Part shown: piece after piece, positions 50,641 through 64,000 of the stretch
Position numbering within the stretch: position 1 is the stretch's first letter
Layout of the letters: each line of letters opens with the position of its first letter
Assembly (NCBI RefSeq): GCF_006345805.1
Contig: NC_043009.1
Span: forward strand, 39,246,001-39,310,000
Reading direction: 5' to 3'
Source of the DNA: Octopus sinensis
Taxonomy: Eukaryota
DNA length: 64,000 nucleotides
Translations under genes and position numbers: made by a program
The notes under the pieces: model-generated
What the model was told of the DNA's origin: nothing
What the model saw: only the letters and a program-made list of their open reading frames with translations
Database searches by the model: none

Positions 50641-51997
50641 TGCATGTATAAGTGCCAAATAAATATTCAATTTTCTGTTCTTATCTTCAGTGTGGCGGTG
50701 TAGACTCTCTAAAACATCCCAACCAATAAACTAATGCTAATGAGAAGCTTTTTATTTGAAAAGTTCATATATTTTCAGAGATAACGCTTCCATTAGGAAT
50801 TCTCTCTTGAACATTTGGAAAACTTAATTGAAACAGCAACAACACCAACAACAAACGAATAAAGCTGAGTTACAAATATCGAAAATTAGAGACGAGAAAC
50901 ACGTGGCAAATCACTCTCACATTTGACAGTTATATAGATTCATAAAGCTCTTTCACTGTTCTTTGTCTTTTCCTCTTTCTACGTAGCTATCTTTCTCTCT
51001 TACCGATGGCCTCCATTTTGTCTCGGTTTTTCCACCACTGTATCTCTGCCATTTTCGCATATCTTATTACTCTCACACCTTTCTTTTTCTTTTTTCTTCT
51101 AATCTGCTTCTCTAGTTTATCTTTCTCTTATGTCTCTCGTTTAACTTACTTTCCCCATACGTTCTCAATCTCACTCCCCGCCTCTCTCTCTCTCTTTCTC
51201 GCATCCACTTTATCTTCCTTTTATTTTACTTAACAGCAATATTCTACGTATCTTTCGTTACCTGGCACCTGAGTTTTTGAATTATTGAGTGAAATTGTTA
51301 TTAATGATTTTGTTCTAACTTGCATCCTTTGATGAATTATTGTGTGTTCCTAAGTCAAAAGGAAAATTCTGTTAGAAGAAAGAATTCCATTGCAAAGACT
51401 TAACCGAAGATGATTAAGTGGATGGCTTCAAATTGAATTTGCAATTATTTCTGCATTTATTTTCCTAGATTGTTTTCAACAACAACTGTTACATAAAAAA
51501 AGAAAGCTTCGCAGATTGGACGCGTTTGCAACATAAGCAATATCATTGTACAATCATTAAGAAATATGGAATGGAAAGAGAAAGTTGTTGGATCGTATTG
51601 ACATTCATACAAATAAATGCGTATTGACTAGGACTTTCTGTATTGCTTAACGGTTTATTAAATCACACAAGTTCAGAAAACCTGCAGGCGAAACTCGAAG
51701 TCCTAGTTAACTAGAATTCTGCCATAAATTTTGATTATAGTTTCAATATTGATTCACACTGTCAGTAAATGGTATTCTTAAAACTAGCTTTGAAATAGTA
51801 AAAGGAACTTAACATTCATATTTGTACACGGCAAAAAGTGCGTGATTAAGAAGGTCACTTTGAAACCACATGGTTTCATGTTCAGGCTCACTGCATATCA
51901 CATTGGAGAAGTGTTTTTTACTGTTACTCCAGGCCAACCATTGTCGGGTGAAGGAATTTGGAAGACAGAATCAACGTAGAAGCGTGTCGTATGTATG

Positions 51998-52056
<59 letters not shown>

Positions 52057-52077
52057 ATATAGGTACGTATGTTTGAA

Positions 52078-52410
52078 GGTGCATGGATCAGTGGTTAGAG
52101 CGTCGAGCCTACGATCGTAGGGTTGTGAGTTCGATTACCGGACGGACTGCGTGTTGTGTTCTTCAGCAAGGCACTTATTTCACGTTGCTCCAGCTAACTT
52201 ATCTGTAGAGATGAGATCCGACGTCACTGGCTGGCGCCAAGCCATATCGGCCTTTGCCCTTCCCTTGGATATGATCAGTGATGTGGAGAGGGGAGGCTTG
52301 TATGCATGGGCGACTTCTTGTCTTCCACCAACAACCTTGCCCGGACTTGTGCCTCGGAGAGTAACTTTCTAGGTGCAATCCCATGGTCACTCATGACCAA
52401 AGAGGTTTCT
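52078..52410 (+). mobile_element. SINE family D copy
   Basis: Aligns with 44748-45075. Confidence 0.85.
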
Positions 52411-52659
52411 TCATATGTATACATACATACTTACGTATGTATGTATGTATGTATGTATGTATGTATGTATGTATGTATGTATGTATGTATGTATGTATGT
52501 GTGTGTGTGTGCATGTATCAGTTTGTATGAATGCGTGTATGTGTGCTTGTATTCTCGCGTATATATGTGAGCTTTGAGGTAACCCCCTCCCACAAACTGG
52601 CAGCTGGTATTTGGTTTGTTTATGTCCTCATAACACAACGGTTCGGCAAAAAGCACAGA

Positions 52660-54235
52660 AAATCTATTCTGAAATTAGTCTTTCTGCTAACACGGTTTTT
52701 CGAAGAATTACAGAAACGTCAATAAGTGTGGAGAAGTAGTTAATTGCATTATATCAAAATTTTCATGCGTACTCCCTGGGACTTGATGAGAGTACTGGTA
52801 TGTGTGATATTACATTTTGTGCAATTTTCATTCGTGGCATTAAAAAAGATATCAAAGTGACCGAAGAAATTTTTGACTTAGTCCCTCTGAAAAACACGAC
52901 AACAGGGAAAGATGTTTTTAAAGCGTTGGAAAGTTGAAGGTTCTGGCTTGAAGTGGGAGAAGCTTGTTTCCGTAGCAACTGATGGAGCACCTGCGATGTT
53001 TTCTGAAATCTGAGGTGTGATTGGCTTAGCTAAGGCAAAGTAACTTGAACTTGGCTGTCCAACTATTGTACATATTCGTTGCCTGATTCATCAAGAAATG
53101 TCATGGATGTCGTGGTCAAAACCGTATAAACCATCAAAGTGCGCAGTTTAAATCATCGCCAATTAAAAACCTTCCTGGAGCAAATGTATAGTAAATATGG
53201 AGAGCTTCTTTGTCACCGAGGTACGCTGGTTAAATCGGGGTAATGTTTTGAAGAGATTCTTTGCGCTTAGGGAAGAAATGGGTGTGTACACGGCTACGAA
53301 ACAAACAGATGTTCCAGAATTGGGTGATGATGACTTCTGTAACTTTTTAGCCTTCCTTGTTGACATCACCAAGCACCTGAATACACTTAATTTGAAACTC
53401 CAAAGCGAGTCAAAGATGATTATGTAAATAAGTGACAACATCACTACTTTCAAAACATGACTAAGTCTGTGGGAGAAACAACTATTACTAAAAAACTGAC
53501 CATTTCCCATCGCTGAAAACGTTGAATTCAGTGGACTGTGATGCCCTATAGGAGTGTGTGGAATTTATCAACAAACTGCGGAGGGAATTTGACAGACGAT
53601 TCAAAGAATTGAAGGAACTGAAGCCACAGCTTGATATGTTTTCGAACCCCTTTGCTGTTGATGTTAATGATGTTCCTTCCTCTATTCAAATTGAACTTAT
53701 TGACATCACATGTAATTCAGCATTAAAACAGCTTTCAGATGGTGGAGTGCCTCAGTTCAACACCTATGTGGACCCTGTGAAATACCCAAACATATGATGT
53801 TTGGTTAAGAAAGTGTAGTGTATAACAAGACTTACCTGCGTTCCAGGTTGACAGATGAACATTTGAAATCATCCTTAAGATTGACAATAACCAGAACAAT
53901 AATGTCTGAAATTTCCGAGCTGGTTAAGGAAAAGCCGTGCTAGAAAAGTAGCCAGTAGTTTTGAGCAGAGAGTATATTCGTTCTTGATATATATATATAT
54001 ATATATTATATGCCATAAATATGTCTAACTATCATTGTCATCAGTTGTTAAGAAATAAATATGCTGCCTTGGCTTGAGGATCAAATTCTTGCGTCCTGAT
54101 TTATAATTGGAAACAGCATCACGTATATTTTTTCTTTGAAAAAGGTCCAAGAACACGCAGAAAATATTTGTGGCCCTCTAAGACCCCCACTGCCATGAGG
54201 TGTGGCCCTCGAGTCATTTGAGTTGGAGACCCCTG
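52660..54235 (+). mobile_element. hAT (Buster/Charlie/SPIN-like) DNA transposon fossil, 5'-truncated, right TIR retained
   Basis: Degenerate transposase ISLSANTV.RRI...YSLGLDEST...VATDGAPAM...CLIHQE...TEVRWLNRG...LAFLVDITKHLNTLNLKLQ; terminus reads CAGGGGTCTCCAACTC on minus, next to CTTTAGAG (nnnTAnnn). Confidence 0.88.
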
Positions 54236-56399
54236 CTTTAGAGTAAATATATTTTCTCATATACGACCACTGTGCATTTTATCTACAAAATGCATATGCT
54301 ACCTACCCTTCTGAAGATGATGTACAGTACATATATGCATGAAATTGCTTATGTATCATGGTTCATGTGTGCTGATATTACGTCTCCTTAAATGCGTTTA
54401 TATAATATTTCATCTTTGCAGCTAAAAGCCTATATCAGTTATATGATATGCTTAATAATCTCCACTATTTACGGGATGTATCGAAACAGCTGTAAAGATG
54501 ACCGTACATCTTGTCATTTTTAGGTAAAAACTTATGGAAATATACTGCTTAGAACTACGATTGTTTAACCATTTCACTTTGTACATACTATTCGAACTTC
54601 TTCTTGCAGACAACTCACCTGCTTCTGGATTAGGTAAAATATAAGACTTACAAATGCTTAAGTATACCTATACATACTACTATATATAAATATGCTCCCA
54701 CTGATACTCTATATTAAATCTGCACATCTAATAGGATCTTAATATCATCCTAATGAAAATATATACAGATACATTCGCGCGTACACGCAAGTACGGAGAA
54801 TTATAATGTATGTGTTCTTTAAGAGAATACATCGTATTAAATAACGACTTTATGCTAAAGGAATGGCGACTGGAGTTTTATTGTTTGCTTTACAATTTTA
54901 CAATTGATTTGCTTAAAAAGAGGGATTTTCAGAGGAAATAGCTGAATATTAGGCAATATATTTATGCATAATTATAATAGCATAAACAATATAGGAAAGG
55001 GAAAAAGTTAGGGTGGGAAATACAATGAAGCGGGGGATAATTAATGGAACGCAATTGTAGATTAATGTTTGAAGTGAATAATTGTTCTGGTGATATATGA
55101 ATTGATAGATTTAATTGGCTGCAGAAGGGAGATAACTTATACAAGCAGCGTTTTCAAATAATAAAATAATAATAATCTAAAACACAAAATCCCTGACTTT
55201 TACATAAACGGCTGTAACTTAGACAATATATATGGATTAGCTTTTAAGAAAAACTTCTAGGAAAGGCGTTTGACAAAATGCCTTCTAAAATTTATTTGAA
55301 AAACCGAATTCTCAGAGAAGCAATGGATGAAAAGTCTGACCTTTGAAAAATTAAATAAGGGTTATATAATAAGATGCTACTTATCCAAAAGGCATTTGAT
55401 GTAATGATTTAAGTAAACCAAGAATTATATATTTGTTTCGGTATTCGCCGCGCTAAGAAGAACGGAACAAAAATATAATTCTTGTTTTAGATAAATAGGT
55501 ATATATTCTTCTGAGTGCTGAGGTCAACTTTGCCTCAAATGCTTTCAGAGTAAAAATGGCAGGTGGGAGAAGTGCATCGTGGTATCCGTTTGGGTTCTTT
55601 GTAATATGAGAGAAACACTTGGGATTAGATTCTTTCCAAACTGCAAAGGCTCAAATCGCTGGTATTTTCCACTGATAAAAAATCGTGGCTAAGATAGGAG
55701 AGAACTATCTACATTGGGAACTGATAGTCGTTTTCAAAAATGTTGACGAAATATGTGCATACATGTGCAGAAGATGCATAGATAATATTAACGGACTAGT
55801 AACGGTGTTATTTAGATAATATGGTAGAAATGAAAGTATGCATATAAATATTTACTTAAATAAATACGTAATTAAAGAGTTTTAAAACGCATAGAGTTAA
55901 AATCTAAGACGAAATGAAAGAGATGATATCATTTACCTTAGCTCTATTACATTAATGAATGGGTATTTACTATCTTTTTCTCGGTTACGTGGTGGAGATT
56001 AGTGTGAAATATTAAACTGCGAAACTACGTTAAACTAATTGAATAAATGGATAAGGATATCAAGCTAATCATTTTTGGTGTTACGGGGAAAAAACATTAT
56101 TAAACTTTTATGATTAAGTATTAATAATAGTGTGCATTAAAGTGAGAAGACGAGAATACGAGAAAGAGAGAGATAGTGTGAGTGGGTGAGCGACAGTGCG
56201 CATGAGTAAGAGGGAGAGAGCGCACGTGAAAGAGAGACAAAGAGATAAAGAGAAAGAGAACGACAGAAAGAGAAAGAAAGAAAGAGGAAGGGAGAGAGAG
56301 AAAGTGAGAGAGAAGGGAGATGGGGTAGGTTCAGAAATATATGACTACTGCGTATACCTTGGCAGTCAGAAAATTGTGTTGAGGCCTTCCATCCATCCA

Positions 56400-56473
56400 T
56401 CCATCCATCCATATATATATATGTATGTATATACATGTATGTATATATACTACATATATATATATATATATAT

Positions 56474-56541
<68 letters not shown>

Positions 56542-56546
56542 TATAT

Positions 56547-56577
<31 letters not shown>

Positions 56578-56578
56578 C

Positions 56579-56636
<58 letters not shown>

Positions 56637-56720
56637 TATATATTCAGACATATATCTCTCTTCTCTCTCTCTCTCTCTCTCACTGTATATATATATATAT
56701 ATATAATATATGTAATCTAA
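56400..56720. repeat. (CCAT)n/(TA)n/(TC)n microsatellite block
   Basis: Directly visible. Confidence 0.95.
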
Positions 56721-56974
56721 TCATTCACACGCGCGCGTGCGTATATGCATAACGTATGTATGACACTCTGGATTATGTTAACCCCACGGAAAAAAACCAT
56801 TGTGATTCGTTTGTGTGACCTAACCTACCAGGTCGAAAAATAAATATGGATTAAGTAACCAACAACAACGAAAGAAAAGTGTGGATCAATACGATTCATT
56901 ATGCACTTCAAGATATTACTCCATCCAGCAGGTATCCCAATGATTGAAACAAATAGAAAATAATATTTGCACAA

Positions 56975-57410
56975 TAGGCACATGAGTGGCTGTGTGGTAA
57001 GTAGCTTGCTTACCAACCACAATGGTTCCGGGTTCAGTCCCACTGCGTGGCAGCTTGGGCAAGTGTCTTCTACTATAGCCTCGTGCCGAACAAAGCCTTG
57101 TGAGTGGATTTGGTAGGCGGAAACTGAAAGAAGCCTGTAGTATATATCTATATGTACATATGTGTGTGTGTGTGTGAGAGTGTGTGTTTGCTTGTGTGTC
57201 TGTGTTTGTCCCCCCAACATCGCTTGACAACTGATGCTGGTGTGTTTACGTCCCCGCAACTTAGCGGTTCGGAAAAATAGACCGATAGAATAAGTAGTAG
57301 GCTTCCAAAGAATAAGTCCTGGGGTCCATTTGCTCGAGTAAAGGCGATGCTCCAGCATGGCCGTAGTCAAATGAATGAATCGAGTAACAGAGTAAAAAAG
57401 TAAAAGAGTA
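56975..57410 (+). mobile_element. SINE family A, near full length
   Basis: gagtggctgtgtggtaagtagcttgcttaccaaccac head to gtaaaagagtaa tail. Confidence 0.9.
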
Positions 57411-57879
57411 ACACGCACAACACAGACACACACACAAACATACACACACATACATACGCACACACATGTAAGCACACAAACACAGATAAACCCACAAACA
57501 TGCAACAGACACAGGTACACACTGACACACACAGACACAGATACACACACACACAAACTACAAGCGCATCTAAGCTCACTCAATTTTGAATGTTTGCAGT
57601 GAAAATCAGTTATGATAGATAATATTCATGCTGATGATGATGATGATGATGACAATGATAGTAGACGTGGTGGTGGTGGTAGTAGTGCTGGTGCTTTTAC
57701 ATTTGCTACTACTACTGCTGCTGCAGTCATTGCTGCTACTACTGCTGCCACTACTACTGCTGCTGCTGGTCCCAAGGTACTGCTTCTGGTGTTGGTGTTT
57801 GAGGTCCTCTCTCTCCCTCTCTCTCTCTATATATATATGTACATCTGTACGTTGTTATCCTTATTCCGTAAACGGTGGC

Positions 57880-58152
57880 TTTTAACGGGTGGAGAGCTGA
57901 ACCATCCTAGCGTACAGAGGTTCTGAAAGTTTACCACACCATAGTGGGTTACACCATAGTTCCTCTGCTTTGTGGCAGAAGTAGGAAGAAAGAGTGAAAG
58001 AAAGTAGTGGTGCATCCCCCTTCTACCGCCGGAGCCTCGTGGAGCTTAGGTGTTTTTGTTCAATAAACACTCACAATGACCGGGCTTGGAATCGAAACCG
58101 CGTTCTTACGACCGCGAGTCGGTTGCCCTAATCACTGGGCCATTGCGCCCCT
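57880..58152 (-). mobile_element. SINE family C (diverged)
   Basis: ggcgcaatggcccagtgattagggc head; ggagcctcgtggagcttaggtgt shared with 6224 and 23065. Confidence 0.75.
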
Positions 58153-59189
58153 ACTCATATTATTGTTGTATAGCCCTAGATTAGCTAGTAGTGATGCAGT
58201 AGATTTATGATCAAAGTCTCTCTTGTCTTAGTCCTTTACGTTTTTAATAGGTATTTTGGATTGTATATCTAATGTACGCCTTTAATTCAAGTGTGTAGCT
58301 TTTAACTAAAGGAACAACTGGCTGCTGTTTTTAGCCGAACAAGCAACTATGGTGTAGCGACCTTCTTGTATCGTTAGTTATTTATTGTTAAAGTACGTGG
58401 TACTTGAACACCATATACAGATGAATGAGTAAATTCGGCCTTTTACTTATTTGTAGAATAAGCTCATTGTATGTGCATGTAAGCGTGTGTGTTTTTGTTT
58501 GGGTCAGTTTGTGCATGTGTTTGTGTACATGAGCGATGAGTGTGCACATGTGAATATGCGAATATGTGTGTTTGTGTGTGCATGTGGGTTTCTGTGGGTT
58601 TGTGTGTAGGTGGGTCTATCTGTGTGTGTATGTGTGTGTTTGTCTGTGTGAGTACATTTAAGATGCTCTCGTTTTAATTACTATGTTCCTATTTCGATCT
58701 CTAATCACGATCTCACTTTTTCCATGATAACCTTCGGTCAAAACATGCCCCAGCATGTCCCCAAACGCGAGTGACCGAGTTCGTCTCAATCCTGAGTTAG
58801 TGCTTTTTTTTGTTTCGAATAGAAACCCTAGCATTATAAGGAAAATAGTGAGCTGAAAACAATTCGGACGCCCACGTTCTAGGCATTACAAATATATAGC
58901 CAATGTAGTTTATTTATATCCAGGGTTTGTGTCTGTGAACAAGGGTAAAGCTATGAGGAAGTAACACCTCAATATATTTAAGCACCAAAGGTTACAAACA
59001 CAAACATACACATGGGGACAACGGAGCCTGTTGGAGTGTGTGCGTATGTATGTGTGCGTGTGTGCATGGTTATGTGTGTGTGTATGTTTCAAGCATTTAT
59101 TTATGTATGTGTATACCCGTATTTGTGCAACTGTAGGGGAAAAATAAATCATAAAGCACGTATTTGTGTTCGTGCGTGTGTCTATGAGA

Positions 59190-59253
<64 letters not shown>

Positions 59254-59726
59254 TTATATATCCATCTTATAAATATATGCATGCACACACAACACATGCA
59301 TGCACACACATGCATACACACACACACGGATCAACACGCACACATAGGCATAATCTTTTGGTATACATGGATCTACGATAATGTGCAATACCTTGGTATG
59401 TAAAGATACGCATTTAAATACGTACATACATACACAGACACACGCATACGTAGACACGCATCGCACACAAGCATAAACACACACATATACATGTGTGTAT
59501 ATATATATATATATATATGTGTGTATATATATATATATATATACATGTGCAAGTGTATGTATGCGTAGACGCATAAATTTTATGCGCTTTTTCACTTGAA
59601 TATTTATGTGAGCAAGCCCATGTGTATAAACATGCATATGCATGTATGTTTTTTTATGTATGTATTTGTATGTGTGTTTTGCGTGCGTGTGTTTACATAT
59701 GCAAATGTACATATATGCATACACAC

Positions 59727-59775
<49 letters not shown>

Positions 59776-59939
59776 GCGGTTATGCGCAAATAGTTATGTG
59801 TATACATATTTATACAGGTACACATATGTAAATATATATCTATCTATCAATATATATATATATATATCCATATATAAATATAACCATCCCACACACCACA
59901 CACACATGCATACATATATATACATATATATATATATAT

Positions 59940-59971
<32 letters not shown>

Positions 59972-60020
59972 TCGATATATATATATATGAATGTGTGTGT
60001 GTGTGTGTGTGTGTGTACGG
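59190..60020. repeat. Extended (TA)n/(CA)n/(TG)n low-complexity block
   Basis: Directly visible. Confidence 0.9.
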
Positions 60021-60373
60021 CTCTATGTGCATTTATATCGCATTGAAGGCGTGTTAAGATTTATGAATTATGAAAGGAGAAACTGTTAATGTGTTTCTAA
60101 TGTTTGCTGGTTTGAATAACGTCTTCACAGAAAACGTGTTTCTATTGTTGTTACAGTTTTTGTGCTGCTGTTCATGGGGCGACTTCAAAGCACTTCAGAT
60201 ATGATTCCTTTTCAAAAACAGACTATCTAACATGTTGATGTAAACATACATTTGTCATGGGAGCTGATATGGAACAAGCAAAGTAATGAGGTAGGTAACA
60301 ATATAACAAGAAGAATATAGATATTGAAATAGCGTGTGAGTGTATGAGCGATAACAGAGAGAATTGGAGGAGA

Positions 60374-60415
<42 letters not shown>

Positions 60416-60985
60416 AAGTGAGAAAATGAGAAAGAAAGAAAGGAAGATACGTAGGGAGGCAGAGAGAGAAAAAGCGAGAGAGACGGAGAGAATGAAAGAA
60501 AGATACAAAGAGCGAGAGAGATAGAAAATGGCGGTGATGATAGAGAGATATGGGAAGAGTTATTCGGAGGCAAAGAGCGTGCTGAGAGAAAAGCGAAGCA
60601 TTTGAAATGGAAATGGTGTGAAGAGCGGTGTGCGAACACATGTTCACTTTCTGGCTGGTCAGCTATACAAAACGTTAAATTCATTATAATTTATAGAGAA
60701 ATATAACACCAAATGTAAAGGCAAAACTGCTAATCTATCTGAATTCCCAAGGAAATCCTATGGAACGTAACGTTTTTCCATTAATGACGTAATTGTCCTT
60801 CTCCATCCATTTTCCCGCCGCTGCATTCTGCATCGCAAATCACCACGACCGCTAGTACCACCACACTTTCATATTGATATTGCAACAGCGTCTTTCACCT
60901 ACATCTTCATCTTTTTTTTTCCATTACACTCGCGCAGAGATGATTATTGTTTACCAACTCCCGCTAATATTCCTGGCCTTGAGAT

Positions 60986-61019
<34 letters not shown>

Positions 61020-61084
61020 CCACTACCACCATTATTATTATTATTAGTAGTAGTATTATTATTATTACTATTATTATTATTAAT

Positions 61085-61650
61085 GAGTGAAAGACTAGTG
61101 CATGCCATCAATGTAACACTGGGGTAAAATATGCGAAGCCCAGTATACCCATCATGACTACCCATCTGATAAGGGTACACCAAACACATGCACCACGACC
61201 ATATGTGCGCAACATAGTGATCTCATATCCAGTTAAAAATCACACGACCTTGCAGGTGGTGCCTAGTTAGAATTTTCTTCAGCTCGAGTAGCTACTCCGT
61301 TCAAAAGGTCACTGAATAAGGGCTGTTAAATGATGTTGAACGCAGCACCGATATTTCCAAAGGTGAATTATCCAAGTCTCAAAGAATTCTTTCAACATAT
61401 GGCTATGATGCTCCCCAACTACTTCAGCTCGTGATCAGAGGTGCACATATCGTCAGCCACTAAGGGACATGCTCAACTAATTAAGGTCAAACAACTCACA
61501 AGCAAATCTGTGGAGTTGAGCAGAATATTTGCTGTAGCCCATCTTTTATACCAAGACAAAACAACGTACATGATAACACTTCCAATGGGTTAAGATCAGA
61601 AGCCAGGAAAACCACTGCCTGGTACTGCAATTATTATTATTATTATTATT
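61085..61650 (+). mobile_element. Unclassified repeat family E with (ATT)n tail
   Basis: Aligns with the reverse complement of 16315-16790; ends gcctggtactgca(att)n. Confidence 0.8.
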
Positions 61651-61663
61651 AATACAACACCCG

Positions 61664-61664
<1 letters not shown>

Positions 61665-61739
<75 letters not shown>

Positions 61740-61750
61740 CACTACTACTA
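61665..61750. repeat. (CTA)n microsatellite
   Basis: Directly visible. Confidence 0.95.
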
Positions 61751-62171
61751 TCATCTCTATTTTGAAACCACTTTGCTTTCCCTATTATTCAATCATTATT
61801 TTTATCACCATTGCAATTTCACATCAATCTGCAATATAACCAAACGGTTTCGTAGATATATCTTCCCATTAATACATAAATTGCGTGCCCACATTTCAAC
61901 AGCATGGGTCGATATTGTAAATTAAATATGGCGCAATAGTCTATAGTTTATTGTGATGAAAAATCTGGAGAAGCTGTTAGCTGGCCGTTTCGTGACGTAT
62001 TGAGTCAGTGACTTATACTACCATGTTAAATACGTTTGATGCATCTGTGCAGCCTCTCACTTTTGATTGGGTTTACCAAAACTATTAGCTATTATCTATA
62101 TTTTACGCTATTTCACGCATTCATCCGGGTATGCTTGCATGTATACATGTTTTATATGCTTGAGTATTATG

Positions 62172-62224
<53 letters not shown>

Positions 62225-62322
62225 TTTATAAGTATATACACACATACACACATATATATATATATGTATATTATACACTCACACACACAGGGCATAGGTA
62301 TGTAGACAGATATGTGCGTGTG

Positions 62323-62362
<40 letters not shown>

Positions 62363-63099
62363 GAGAGAGAAAGAGGGATGTGTGTGTGTGTGCACACACA
62401 AAAACACACTCACACACACATACATAGGAAGACAGGTTATAGGCAGGGAGATAGGTAGATAAACAGGCAGATAGAGAAGTGTTTAACTATTAATGCGAAA
62501 CGATGGAAGAAATCTGGAAATTCACCCCATTTTGTTCCTAAACGACATTTTCATTGGGAAGTAGAGTGCAATTTTGAAACATTAGTTGTGGATTTATTGT
62601 CGAATGCTTATAGATATATAGCCCAATCGACATGATACATATACATACAAATGGATGCAATGTGTTATAAATTAGATAAATGAATGCATAGATAGTAATG
62701 TATGAAAATAGATGGTCTCCATATATAATTATATCAACAATTAGCATGACATAAAATCATATTATCATTATATATCATCAAGATATAGAGGATTTGTCTT
62801 ATTTCCTGGAGAAGAATTACGTTGAAAATGGCGCTTAGTATTTCAGATTTATTATCTTACGGAAACTAAATTGTAACGATAGAAAAGAATGCAATAGAGG
62901 GAACTTTGGAATGTGAACTAGATTTTGATATTGATATTCTGAAAGATATTTCGGTTTATTTCAGATAATTGAAGTAATATTTCCGAAAATTACATAATAT
63001 CTATCTGCAAACTCATATTTAATTGATATATGCATACGTAGAAACCCACTCATCACAGGCCGACACGCAGTCTAACACGAACACACACACACACACACA

Positions 63100-63613
63100 C
63101 ACGTATTTATGAGTGTGTGTAGTAATATATAATATATATATATTTATGTATGTATATATGTATGTATATATATGTTTGATTGTGTGTATATATACATATA
63201 TATATATATATATACATACATGTGTGTGTATGTATGTATATATATATATATATATGTATATATATGCATGTTCGTATGTATATATATATACACATATATA
63301 CATATTTGTGTGTGTGCTTGTGTAATAAGATTAACTAGTTCTTTCAAATATGTTGTCAGCATTTCAGTTTATAATTATTTCCGATAATTCAGAAATATGC
63401 AAAGCATAATTGTTAAACAGAGTCAAAGATAGATGAGATATACAGACACATCTATACAGACACACAACACACACACGCACACACTCACACACACACACAC
63501 ACGCATACACACTGACACCCATTCTACAGAAATGCATGCATCACGTACCTATCTACTTACCTACCTGGCTGCATTTCCCTGTCTTTAAACCTCTCTCCCT
63601 TTCTCTTATAATA

Positions 63614-63665
<52 letters not shown>

Positions 63666-63805
63666 CATGTATCTTTGTATTTATTTATTTATACGTGATG
63701 ACATGAGTTCACAGAGTTTGAGATGTTATATACATCGCTAGTCACAATTCGGTTTGTATCGTTTTAGCTTCCGAAAGACACCACCCGCTCGCTAGACGTG
63801 CAGAC

Positions 63806-63847
<42 letters not shown>

Positions 63848-63874
63848 CATACGTGTGCAAGCGTGTGTGTGAGA

Positions 63875-63930
<56 letters not shown>
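63100..63930. repeat. (TA)n, (CA)n, (TCTA)n and (GA)n microsatellite cluster
   Basis: Directly visible. Confidence 0.9.
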
Positions 63931-64000
63931 GAGAGAATGTTTGCATGTAATATACAAAGTGCGTTCAAAAAGTATCCGAGTTCATTTTATCCTGACAAAA

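Noticed and set aside
49890-50670. His-, Pro-, Asp- and Val-rich ORFs
   Set aside because: Open in several frames on both strands because of trinucleotide repeats; no splice or domain support.
56825-57583. Longest ORF in the track (252 aa, minus)
   Set aside because: Antisense to a family A SINE and flanking (CA)n repeats.

Overview
AT-rich, microsatellite-saturated eukaryotic DNA with no intact protein-coding gene that I can support. The repeat repertoire (several tRNA-derived SINE families, some with CORE-like or V-like bodies, plus R4/Dong, RTE and Tx1-like LINE fragments and a hAT fossil) fits an octopus genome; this is inference from recalled repeat families, not a database result. Nearly all ORFs in the supplied track are translated microsatellites or antisense readings of repeats. 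The only protein-like stretches are transposon relics: RLE-type LINE C-termini (16.8-17.2 kb, 46.0-46.75 kb), an RTE reverse transcriptase (46.9-47.9 kb) and a Buster-type hAT transposase (52.7-53.95 kb). The most interesting signal is non-coding: hammerhead ribozyme (HHR) motifs in several unrelated repeats. (1) A young tandem and fold-back array of a ~530-bp ORF-less unit at 19569-21548 carries three type I HHRs with a palindromic stem III, is retrozyme/Penelope-like, and sits inside the (TA)n of an old SINE. (2) A minimal type I HHR lies at 3945-3985. (3) A tRNA-headed element at 37.6-37.8 kb has a truncated HHR tail. (4) A two-copy repeat (1058-1119 and 29438-29498) contains all three HHR strands with compensatory base changes, but in an order that is not type I, II or III. 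This suggests a pseudoknotted hammerhead topology that I do not recognise as described. All RNA structures were paired by eye and none is experimentally shown.
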